Part shown: one piece after another, positions 55,735 through 63,782 of the stretch
How the letters are laid out: every line of letters begins with the position of its first letter
Numbering within the stretch: position 1 is the stretch's first letter
Program-made: the position numbers and the translations under genes
Notes under the pieces: model-generated
What the model was told of the DNA's origin: nothing
The model's database searches: none
The model's input: only the letters and a program-made list of their open reading frames with translations
Assembly: GCA_041649475.1 (NCBI GenBank)
Contig: JBAZNA010000001.1
Span: forward strand, 197,022-261,021
Reading direction: 5' to 3'
DNA: 64,000 nucleotides
Source of the DNA: Patescibacteria group bacterium
GTDB taxonomy: Bacteria > Patescibacteriota > Patescibacteriia > Magasanikbacterales > GWA2-37-8

Positions 55735-55763
55735 TTGACAAGAGAGCTGTTTTAGTGTTAATT
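55735..55763 (+). promoter_or_regulatory. candidate promoter of GC-rich gene 7 (TTGACA-N17-TTAATT, with TG upstream)
   Basis: Its -35 hexamer overlaps, on the opposite strand, the -35 of a TTGTCA-N17-TAAAAT promoter (55713..55741) that faces the sugar-transferase gene. Confidence 0.45.
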
Positions 55764-55838
55764 TAACGTGCTGTGGCGAAACCATTCTGGCCAAGCCCGA
55801 CAGCGTCTGTAAACACGGTCGTATAAAGGAGACAAAAC

Positions 55839-56504
55839 ATGGCGACCGCAAAACAGATTCCGTTTTTGATGGGAAGGTTGGTGGAGCATCAGTTTTACTT
55901 CTGTGCTTTGTCCACCGCAAGCGCCACGTGGGCGAGCCAAAACCCGAAAGACGCCATTGCCTTGTGCGTGGCGGCGATCGAGAATCGCCAAAAGGAGCGT
56001 CAGTCCGACCCGGCGCCTTCGCCACTCCTCACCTTGGTCGGTGCCGTCGTGATCTGGCTGGCCGTGAGGTTCGTTGCCAGTGAACACCTGGTGAAGAATA
56101 CCGAGAAGAACGCGCCGGTGAAGATTTCCTACATCTTCGATAAGGTCACCGTGTGGTTCCAGGGCAAGATCGAGGAGCGGGTCGAGGGCGAGATGGCTCT
56201 GTGCTGCCATACCCTGAACTCCGACTCGGACGATAACCTCATCATCAACCAGCTCGGCGGCGAGACCAAGGCCGAGACCGCCCTTGCCGAGGTCTTTGCC
56301 TGCTTGGAGAAGCAACCCAACGGCGAGGATGGTGCGCTACTCACTAACGGCCACGCGAACATCTTCTATGTTCGCAACACCGAAGGTGTGTTGTGCGTGA
56401 TCCAAGTGATCTGGCGCGGTGACGGTTGGACCTTCTACACCCGTTCGGTCGGTTCTCTGGACACATGTACCGAGGGCCGCCGGGTGTTCTCCCGCGCCGC
56501 ATAG
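55839..56504 (+). CDS. GC-rich orphan protein 7 (221 aa; one hydrophobic segment LLTLVGAVVIWLAVRFVA)
   Basis: AAGGAG lies 7 nt before the ATG. A strong terminator follows the gene. No recognisable domain. Confidence 0.6.
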   Translation: MATAKQIPFLMGRLVEHQFYFCALSTASATWASQNPKDAIALCVAAIENRQKERQSDPAPSPLLTLVGAVVIWLAVRFVASEHLVKNTEKNAPVKISYIFDKVTVWFQGKIEERVEGEMALCCHTLNSDSDDNLIINQLGGETKAETALAEVFACLEKQPNGEDGALLTNGHANIFYVRNTEGVLCVIQVIWRGDGWTFYTRSVGSLDTCTEGRRVFSRAA

Positions 56505-56524
56505 TTTGTTCCTTCCTTCCAAGC

Positions 56525-56556
56525 GCCCCGCCTGTCAGATGGTGGGGCATTTTTTT
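56525..56556 (+). terminator. intrinsic terminator
   Basis: gccccgcc-tgtcagat-ggtggggc followed by attttttt. Confidence 0.8.
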
Positions 56557-56565
56557 ATCCAAATC

Positions 56566-56594
56566 TTGACAAAACCCCTCATTTGTGCTATAGT
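56566..56594 (+). promoter_or_regulatory. rnpB promoter (TTGACA-N17-TATAGT, extended TGc)
   Basis: ttgaca aaacccctcatttgtgc tatagt. The -10 ends 7 nt before the P1 stem. Confidence 0.65.
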
Positions 56595-56600
56595 TAACCC

Positions 56601-56994
56601 ATTCATAGCGGATGATCGAGCCGACTTAGTCGGCTAGGAAAGTCCGAACACCCAAGATGGCAGTGGGTAACGCCCACCGCTACGGTGGCAACGCCGTGGT
56701 TGGGAAAGTGGCACAGAGACAATTCTAACCCCGACAAGCTCGGGGTAAAAGGTGAAAAGTGTATGGGGGATTTGGTTCTCGAGACCAAAGCTACTATACT
56801 CGGCTGATAGCAATATCAGTTCGTGCTAAACCCTGCCTGGTGCAAGAGCAGCGTTTCGCGGCGCAAAACCGCGGTTCGAAAAGTTCGCTCGCTAGAACGC
56901 GTTAGCAATAACGCGTCCAGATAAATGATCGTCACCTCGCCCCATTTTTAAACAAAATGGTGCGGAGCACAAAATTCGGCTTATAGCTATGAAT
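56601..56994 (+). ncRNA. rnpB: RNase P RNA (bacterial type A)
   Basis: P1 pairing attcatagc/gctatgaat. P4 strands GGAAAGTCCGAACAC and ACAAAATTCGGCTTAT. Also GGGTAACGCCCAC, GGGAAAGTGGCACAGAGA and AGATAAATGATCG. Confidence 0.9.
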
Positions 56995-57024
56995 AAAAAA
57001 GACGACCCGCAAGGGCCGTCTTTT
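56995..57024. terminator. bidirectional intrinsic terminator
   Basis: aaaaaa gacgaccc-gcaa-gggccgtc tttt, between rnpB (+) and the convergent 57040..58578 gene (-). Confidence 0.75.
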
Positions 57025-57039
57025 AATATATCCGCGGAT

Positions 57040-58578
57040 TTATGATGTTCCCGGCGCCATCGTTGGTTGCTGTTGCATCATCGGCTGTTGTGGTTGTTGT
57101 GGCATGTATTGTTGCATTCCCTGCGGCATTTGTACTTGTTTAAATTGTTGCGGCCCTTGTTCCCAAGGCATTATTTCTCCTTCTTGTCCGGTCAGTTCAT
57201 TAACCTTATTGCCAAAATCCTGTCTTAAATTTTCTAAGTCATCCAGGGCTGATGTAATCGTATCAACATCATAATTTTTACTCGCAATCAAATCTTTTAT
57301 TTCCTGTCCTTTTACTTTTATTTCATCCAGAATTGGTACAAGTTCGGATGTGTCTATCTTCTTTTTCTTTAATTGATTGATTGTTTGTTGCGCTTGATTG
57401 ACACTTTGTTTAAAGGTGGAATTGAAACTGCCCAGGTTACCCATCATCATTATAATCTGGTCATTCTGCATTATGTCATCCATTTGGCCGAAGAAATCAT
57501 TTTCCACGGTATCAAACGCGCCCTGTGAATCATCGGTGGCCATTTTGCTTACCGCGTCCGCTTTAACCGCTTTGAGTTTATTAACCGCCTCTTCAAATGC
57601 GTTGTAAACACTTTGGATGTCTATGCCCTTCTTAACTAATTTATCAGTGATTTGTTTGGCGCGTTTGAGCTCACGGGTAAGCATGGTGAGCTGTTTGTCC
57701 ATCTGTTTTAAGGTTTGCGGCCAGCGAGCCAGCATCTCCAGTGTCTGACGGTCTTGGTTTAAATTTTCCATTGCTTCAGACATTGAATTGAAATCAATAT
57801 CATTCAACTGATCGGCGGTGGTCGCGTTTTTTATACTGTTAATAATATTCCTTAGGTTAAGAATATTTTCTTGGGTGTTGGTCGGAATGGATATTTTTTG
57901 TTTTTGGAATTTGGCCACTTGTTTTTCAAACATATTAAGCTGCGATTCCATGCCTTTGATATTTCGTTTCATGTCCTGCAATCTTTGGTTTGCCTGAAAA
58001 ACATCCTGCCTATATTGGTCTAAGGATTGTGACAGATCCTGCATCTCGCCCATATCAACATTTTGCATTTCTTCCATGGTGCTCACATTGGAAGCGGCCG
58101 CGACCAAATCTTTTAATTTAACCAAATTTTGTTTGATATCATCCGGTACGGTGATTCCGCTTTTCTCCGATTGGGCTATCATCCGGTCGTATTCTTTAAT
58201 GGATCGTTGCAGTTGTTTTATACTATTTTTTATTTGTTTAAGCTGTTGTTCCGGACTTGGACCATAATTCGGTTGTTGCGGCGGCTGTTGTGGGGGTTGT
58301 GGTTGTGGCTGTGGTTGTGGCTGTGGTTCAGGACCCGGCTGTTGCGGGCCAGGGTTGGGCTCCGGAGATGGTTGAGGTGGAGTCGGGGGAGTTGGTTCGG
58401 GGGGAGCCGGAGCAATGACTTGTTGCTCTTCCGCTGAAGTATTGTTGGTGCCTAGCGTGCTTAAAAAGTTTTTTAATATTTGCGGAAGTTCTATATAAAA
58501 AGCTTTGGCTGGCATGGCAAATGAAAAAGTCACGGCCATGGCCACGGTTAGAATAGAAATGTTTATTATTTTTTTCAT
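57040..58578 (-). CDS. secreted coiled-coil protein with Pro/Gln-rich low-complexity regions
   Basis: Signal peptide MKKIINISILTVAMAVTFSFAMPAKA, then PEPTPPTPPQPSPEPNPGPQQPGPEPQPQPQPQPQPPQQPPQQP, a long Q/N/K-rich helical region and a Q/M/P-rich C-terminus. Confidence 0.6.
   Translation of the reverse strand: MKKIINISILTVAMAVTFSFAMPAKAFYIELPQILKNFLSTLGTNNTSAEEQQVIAPAPPEPTPPTPPQPSPEPNPGPQQPGPEPQPQPQPQPQPPQQPPQQPNYGPSPEQQLKQIKNSIKQLQRSIKEYDRMIAQSEKSGITVPDDIKQNLVKLKDLVAAASNVSTMEEMQNVDMGEMQDLSQSLDQYRQDVFQANQRLQDMKRNIKGMESQLNMFEKQVAKFQKQKISIPTNTQENILNLRNIINSIKNATTADQLNDIDFNSMSEAMENLNQDRQTLEMLARWPQTLKQMDKQLTMLTRELKRAKQITDKLVKKGIDIQSVYNAFEEAVNKLKAVKADAVSKMATDDSQGAFDTVENDFFGQMDDIMQNDQIIMMMGNLGSFNSTFKQSVNQAQQTINQLKKKKIDTSELVPILDEIKVKGQEIKDLIASKNYDVDTITSALDDLENLRQDFGNKVNELTGQEGEIMPWEQGPQQFKQVQMPQGMQQYMPQQPQQPMMQQQPTMAPGTS
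58296..58328. repeat. hexanucleotide tandem repeat (TGGTTG/TGGCTG x about 5) encoding (PQ)n
   Basis: gttgtggttgtggctgtggttgtggctgtggtt inside the 57040..58578 CDS. Confidence 0.7.
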
Positions 58579-58591
58579 AAGGTTTAGTTTT

Positions 58592-59539
58592 TTATTTGAC
58601 CCCGGATTGGTCCAGGGCAGTACGGATAATTTGAGCCGACCTTTTAAATTTTTTTAATTCTTCATTGTTTAATTTTATATCCAGCACTTTTTTTATGCCG
58701 GTGCGGCCAACTGTGCTGGGCAAAGAGATACAGACATCTTTTACGCCATATTGTCCGCTCATTAGGGAAGAAACCGAGTAAGCATGATCTTCGTCATTTA
58801 TAATTGATTTAACAATGCGGGCAACAGCGGCGGCGATTCCATAGTAGGTGGCGCCTTTTTTACGGATAATTTCCTGGGCTGAGTCCCTGGTTCGGGTATA
58901 AGCGGCGGCAACTGTTTTTTTATCGTATTTAGGCAGGGAAGCAATATTTTCTCCCATAACATTGGCATGGGAATAAACCGGCACTTCGCTGTCGCCATGT
59001 TCGCCGATTAAATACGCGCCCATGCTATGCGGGTCAACATTGAATTTTTTTGCCAATAAATAGCGGAAACGGGAAGAATCCAAAGTTGTGCCGGTGCCAA
59101 AGACCTGGTTTTTTGGGAATTTTGAAACTTTTAACGCGGTATAGGTCAAAACGTCCAAGGGATTTGTGACCATCAGAATAATGGCGTCTTTAGTATATTT
59201 GCAGACATTCTTTACTACTTCGGTAATAATTTTGACATTTGTTTTTGCCAATTCCAGTCGGGTTTGGCCCGGTTTTTGGTTTATACCGGCGGCAATCACC
59301 ACCACATCGGCGTCTTTACAATCTTTATAGTCGCCGGCCCAAACGTGGGAGTCCGGCGCAAAGGAAATGGCATGTTCTATGTCCAGCGCCTCGCCTTCAC
59401 ATTTCTTTTTGTTTACGTCAATCAAGACAATTTCCGAAGCTACGCCTTCAATCATCATAGTGTAGGCGGCGGTTGAGCCGACAAAACCCGTGCCGATTAC
59501 CACCACGCGGGTTGACTCCATTTTTTTTGGTTTGGGCAT
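58592..59539 (-). CDS. ldh: L-lactate dehydrogenase
   Basis: VVVIGTGFVGST (NAD binding) and LIGEHGDSEVP (LDH signature). Confidence 0.88.
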   Translation of the reverse strand: MPKPKKMESTRVVVIGTGFVGSTAAYTMMIEGVASEIVLIDVNKKKCEGEALDIEHAISFAPDSHVWAGDYKDCKDADVVVIAAGINQKPGQTRLELAKTNVKIITEVVKNVCKYTKDAIILMVTNPLDVLTYTALKVSKFPKNQVFGTGTTLDSSRFRYLLAKKFNVDPHSMGAYLIGEHGDSEVPVYSHANVMGENIASLPKYDKKTVAAAYTRTRDSAQEIIRKKGATYYGIAAAVARIVKSIINDEDHAYSVSSLMSGQYGVKDVCISLPSTVGRTGIKKVLDIKLNNEELKKFKRSAQIIRTALDQSGVK

Positions 59540-59588
59540 AAAAAAAGCATTATATTATTATAATGCCTTTATTATACAGGATTTATTC

Positions 59589-61373
59589 CTATACCTCAAT
59601 AACTACCGGCAGCACCATCGGACGTTTCTCGGTCTTGCTGAATAGGAACTGACCGACGTAATCGCGGATTTTGTTCCGGATATAATTGGTGTCTGCCCAA
59701 GACAGGGGATCAGAATCAATCACCAGCTTTTTTACGCGGTGGCGCAGATCCTCAATTAGTTCTTTATTCTCTTTTAAGAACACGAACCCGCGCGAGATGA
59801 TGTCAGGGTTTTGAATCAGTTTGCCGGTTTTGCTGTCAACGGTTGCAATAATTACAATCATTCCGTCTTCAGCCAATACCTGCCGGTCGCGCAAGACAAT
59901 GTTGGTTTCATCGCTTACGCCGAGCCCGTCAACGAACACATAATCAGCCGGCAGTTTTGTGGAAGTCATTTTACCGCTGCCATGCGAGAATTCAATCACT
60001 TGTCCGTTATCGGCAATGAAAATGTTTTCTTTGGGGAAACCCATCGACTGGGCGACTTTTGCATTGTAATGCAGTAAGAAGTGATTGCCTTCAATTGGAA
60101 TGAAGTATTTCGGATTTATCAACCTGATCATCAGTTTTACGTCATCAGATTTGGCATGGCCGCCGGCATGGACGTCCATCATTTGATAATGGATAACTTC
60201 CGCGCCTTTTCTAAACAGCGTGTCTTTCAAACGTTGGACAGTTCTTTCATTTCCCGGAATAACTGACGAAGAGAAAACAACCGTGTCGCCCGGGGTCAGA
60301 CGGATAAACCGGTGTTCGCCGCTCGCAATACGCATTAGCGATGCATTTTTTTCTCCCTGCGCGCCGGTGCAGATTATCACCACTTTGTTATCCGGATAAT
60401 CGCTGACTTTGTTTAGGTCAATTAAGGTTTTGGGAGAAAACTGCATGTAGCCGAGCTCTTTGGCTATGCCGACATTGCTTTTCATGCTGAAGCCGTCAAG
60501 CGCAACTATTTTACCCAGCTTTTCCGATATTTCAATAATCTGTTTGATACGGGAAAGCAGGGAAGAGAAAGTACCGATGATTAATCGTCCCGGCGCCTTG
60601 GAGATGATTTCATCCAGGTTGGTGCCGATTTCCATTTCGGAAATCTGGTGTCCGGGCTGGGAGGCATTGGTGCTGTCGCTTAAGAGTGCGAGCACACCTT
60701 GAGAGCCGATGCGGGCAATTTTCTGTAAGTCCGCCGGCTGTTCGCCTGATGGCTGATAATCAAATTTCCAATCGCCGGTGTGAACAATGACGCCCTCCGG
60801 AGTGTGGATCACCACACCCATTGAATCGGGAATATTGTGGTTTAAGTGGAAAAATTCCAACTCAAAACTTCCCAGCGTCAGTTTGTCATCAACGTTTAAA
60901 TTATTAATGTTGAGCGGGCGCAGGCCTTTGTAATCCTCTTGTCGCTTTTTGATAATCGCGTTGGTGAGCGGCAAGGCGTAAATCGGCGGGTATCCCAGTT
61001 GCGGAATCAAATGGGGGATGCCGCCGATATGGTCATAGTGGGCGTGCGTGATGATAACGCCGCGAATATGTTTTTCTTTGCCTTTGAGATAGCTCATGTT
61101 TGGAATGATGTAATCAATCCCGGGCATGTCTTCTTCGGGGAACTGCAAGCCCATGTCAATGATGATAATATCGCCATTGTATTCCAAAAGCGTGCAGTTG
61201 CGTCCGACTTCTTCCAGGCCGCCCAGCACGGCGATTTTTAATTTTGTTTCATCGCCGCGAAAGCGCGCGAAAGACGGGCCTCTTGGGGCCGGAACCGGTT
61301 GTCTGGGTCTTGCGTCCGTGTGATACGTCCGCTTGCCCCTACTGGATTTTTGTGTTTGTGTGTATCTGATCAT
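59589..61373 (-). CDS. rnj: ribonuclease J
   Basis: MBL plus beta-CASP architecture with ITHAHYDHIGG. It has a basic N-terminal extension. Confidence 0.9.
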   Translation of the reverse strand: MIRYTQTQKSSRGKRTYHTDARPRQPVPAPRGPSFARFRGDETKLKIAVLGGLEEVGRNCTLLEYNGDIIIIDMGLQFPEEDMPGIDYIIPNMSYLKGKEKHIRGVIITHAHYDHIGGIPHLIPQLGYPPIYALPLTNAIIKKRQEDYKGLRPLNINNLNVDDKLTLGSFELEFFHLNHNIPDSMGVVIHTPEGVIVHTGDWKFDYQPSGEQPADLQKIARIGSQGVLALLSDSTNASQPGHQISEMEIGTNLDEIISKAPGRLIIGTFSSLLSRIKQIIEISEKLGKIVALDGFSMKSNVGIAKELGYMQFSPKTLIDLNKVSDYPDNKVVIICTGAQGEKNASLMRIASGEHRFIRLTPGDTVVFSSSVIPGNERTVQRLKDTLFRKGAEVIHYQMMDVHAGGHAKSDDVKLMIRLINPKYFIPIEGNHFLLHYNAKVAQSMGFPKENIFIADNGQVIEFSHGSGKMTSTKLPADYVFVDGLGVSDETNIVLRDRQVLAEDGMIVIIATVDSKTGKLIQNPDIISRGFVFLKENKELIEDLRHRVKKLVIDSDPLSWADTNYIRNKIRDYVGQFLFSKTEKRPMVLPVVIEV

Positions 61374-61426
61374 ATATATTAATGAATTAAGAAGCCAAAA
61401 TATAATTTTGGAGTTTATTTAAATTG

Positions 61427-61508
61427 TGGGCGAGGAGGGATTTGAACCCTCATGACCGAAGTCATACGCTTCTGAGACGTACGCGTATACCAATTCCGCC
61501 ACTCGCCC
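61427..61508 (-). tRNA. tRNA-Leu (CAG), class II with long variable arm
   Basis: rc reads GGGCGAGTGGCGGAATTGGTA...CTCAGAA...TGACTTCGGTCAT GAGGG-TTCAAAT-CCCTC CTCGCCCA. Confidence 0.9.
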
Positions 61509-61513
61509 TGAAG

Positions 61514-63415
61514 TTAGTTAAATTTCCAATGCCTGGTGGTTTTGATGTACCAGTTATTTAGATCATTATATCTGTCTGACGGTGAAACGATTTTATCTAA
61601 ATTTATTCCCCGCACTTCTTTGCTCACCGTGAAAGTGTAACTGGGTGTATACAAGAAGACAGCCGGAACGTCTTTGTTTAATGTGTTTTGAAAATCAGTA
61701 TACAAACTGGCGCGCTTACTGTCGTCTGTGGTTGATCTGGCCTCTTCAAGTATCTTATCAGCGCTCCTGTTGGAATACAAGGCCAAATTAAGACCCGGAT
61801 AATCAACTTGTGAGGAGTGCCAAAATGGATACGGATCCGGATCACCGCCAACTATTTCTCCATAGAGAATAACTTGATAATTGCGGTCTTTAATATTTGT
61901 TTTGGCAATTTCATGGCTGTCAACGTATTCTATTTTGGTTTGCACGCCAATGGCCTGCCACATTTTGGCTATGGACTCCGCGGCCTGATGATATTCCGGA
62001 GTGTCGGCTGTGGTAATCGTCAGTGTTAAAATATTGTTATTTTTATCTTCCCGGTAAAACGCCTGGCCGCTGTCCATTTCCTGGCGCGCCGCGTCGCCGA
62101 CTTCCTTTTGAATCTGTTCTATAGAAGAAGTGGCGTCCAGAGTTGTGGTTGAGGCGCGAATGTCATCTATTTCTGTCTGTCTGGTTTTAAGCAGGGCGTT
62201 ATATTTTAATTTGTAATAATCCTCCGGTTGGATGCGCTTCCATTTTTTATCCAGCAGGGTATTGGCCTTATCTATATCAAAAGCAATTGATTGTATTTTG
62301 TTGGAGAAGCCGACTTGACCGCGCAAAATCGGTGAATTTATTACTTCGCCATTGCCGCCCGTGGCGTCACTGGCAACTTTGTCTTTATTTATAGCCAGAG
62401 CCAAAGCATTTCGCAGGTCGCTATCCTGCAGATCAGCAGCAAAATTTTGGTTGAAAAATAAAGCGGTATATTGGGGCAATTGCAGTTTATGAAGTTCAAA
62501 ATTTTTATTGCCGATTTTATCGGCCAAATCCTGCGGAATGAAACTCAAAGCCATTATGTCCTGGCCCTTTAGAGCGCTGGCCGCTTGCGTGTAATCGGTA
62601 TAAAATTTAAAAGTGATTGTCTTCAGGTATGGCTGTTTTTGGTAATAATATTTGTTATGGACCAAAACATAATCTTGCAGATTGCCGTTTGAATCTTTTA
62701 TTAATTTATCAAACATCCACGGTCCGGTGCCTACCGGCTGTAGATTTTGTTGAGCCAGCTTAATGCTTGCCGGAGGGACATCCGACCAGGTGTGCTGGGG
62801 CAAAATGCCGACAGTCAAACTGCTTAAGAATGGCGCGTAAGGATTTTTTAAAATAAAGCGTATGGAATAATCGCCGGTTTTTTCAATCTGCACTCCCTGA
62901 AAAGCAGGATAGAGCGGGCTGTTTACTTCCGGATTTTCAATTGTTTCAAAAGTAAACAATACGTCATCGGCCGTAAAATTTTCACCGTCAGACCAGTGAA
63001 TATTTTGTTTTAAATTTATATCGTAAATTTTTCCGTCGGCGCTGATTTTATAATCAGTGGCCAGATCAGCGACCAGATTTTGGTTGTTGTCGTATTTGAA
63101 AAGTCCGGAGTAGATCAAATAGGTGATATCGGCGTCTACGTCATCGGTTGAGGAAAAGACCGGATTTATAAATTGCGGCTGGCCGATCAGACCCTCGCTG
63201 TAATCTCCGCCGGAGGCGGGGACGATGGTGTTGTTGTTGATAAAGAGTAGAACCACAAACGCGGCGAGGGCGCAAACCATCATCAGGGACATCAGTAAGA
63301 TAATTTTTTTCTCAAATTTTGTTAAAAACCGCGGCAAGTATTTTAGTTGCGCGAAGTTGGGAAAAAAATGATGCCTAACCCGCTTGAGTAACTTTTTGTC
63401 AAGATCCGAGTTCAT
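61514..63415 (-). CDS. ABC transporter substrate-binding protein, family 5 (peptide/nickel type)
   Basis: 633 aa with an N-terminal TM anchor and SBP_bac_5-like sequence (WSDGENFTADDVLFTFE). Confidence 0.75.
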   Translation of the reverse strand: MNSDLDKKLLKRVRHHFFPNFAQLKYLPRFLTKFEKKIILLMSLMMVCALAAFVVLLFINNNTIVPASGGDYSEGLIGQPQFINPVFSSTDDVDADITYLIYSGLFKYDNNQNLVADLATDYKISADGKIYDINLKQNIHWSDGENFTADDVLFTFETIENPEVNSPLYPAFQGVQIEKTGDYSIRFILKNPYAPFLSSLTVGILPQHTWSDVPPASIKLAQQNLQPVGTGPWMFDKLIKDSNGNLQDYVLVHNKYYYQKQPYLKTITFKFYTDYTQAASALKGQDIMALSFIPQDLADKIGNKNFELHKLQLPQYTALFFNQNFAADLQDSDLRNALALAINKDKVASDATGGNGEVINSPILRGQVGFSNKIQSIAFDIDKANTLLDKKWKRIQPEDYYKLKYNALLKTRQTEIDDIRASTTTLDATSSIEQIQKEVGDAARQEMDSGQAFYREDKNNNILTLTITTADTPEYHQAAESIAKMWQAIGVQTKIEYVDSHEIAKTNIKDRNYQVILYGEIVGGDPDPYPFWHSSQVDYPGLNLALYSNRSADKILEEARSTTDDSKRASLYTDFQNTLNKDVPAVFLYTPSYTFTVSKEVRGINLDKIVSPSDRYNDLNNWYIKTTRHWKFN

Positions 63416-63438
63416 TGAAGAAGATTTAAAATTGAGTT

Positions 63439-63654
63439 TTATAAGGCGAGGCGCAGTAAGGAAACGCCAAAGAAAATTATGGAAATAACAATCGTGCCGG
63501 TATGAAGAATTTTATCAACCCCCCGTTTGGTGCTGTAGATGTTGCTTGAACCGCCGAACACCCCGCCCAGTCCGGTGCCTTTTTGCTGGATAAGAATAAC
63601 CGCCACTAAGAAAGCCGCTAGAATGATTTGAATGATGTTAAAAAAAGTGTCCAT
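63439..63654 (-). CDS. secG: preprotein translocase subunit SecG
   Basis: MDTFFNIIQIILAAFLVAVILIQQKGTGLGGVFGGSS... I chose the start at the ATG at 63654. Confidence 0.8.
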   Translation of the reverse strand: MDTFFNIIQIILAAFLVAVILIQQKGTGLGGVFGGSSNIYSTKRGVDKILHTGTIVISIIFFGVSLLRLAL

Positions 63655-63782
63655 AGAAGTATTAAATGATGTATACAGTATATCACTAATTTGGAAATTT
63701 GTCAATGTTACGGTGGAGATCTTGTATTTTTACTCATTTGTATGTATAATACCGCAAATGCAAACATAACCTCTTCTTTAAT

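Noticed and set aside
55681-56025. 115-codon N-terminal extension of the sugar-transferase ORF (track start 56025), and the 185-aa ORF 55758..56315 (-)
   Set aside because: The extension is antisense to GC-rich cassette 7 and is Arg/Pro-rich nonsense. The conserved membrane N-terminus MKKFELFFTLLQLPLDF starts at 55680, and a TTGTCA-N17-TAAAAT promoter lies just upstream.
56603-56788. 61-aa minus-strand ORF and neighbouring short ORFs at 56337..56637
   Set aside because: They fall inside RNase P RNA or antisense to cassette 7. The region is explained by rnpB.
58129-58437. Plus-strand ORF with an LWLWLWLW repeat
   Set aside because: It is the antisense reading of the (PQ)n hexanucleotide repeat inside the secreted coiled-coil gene.
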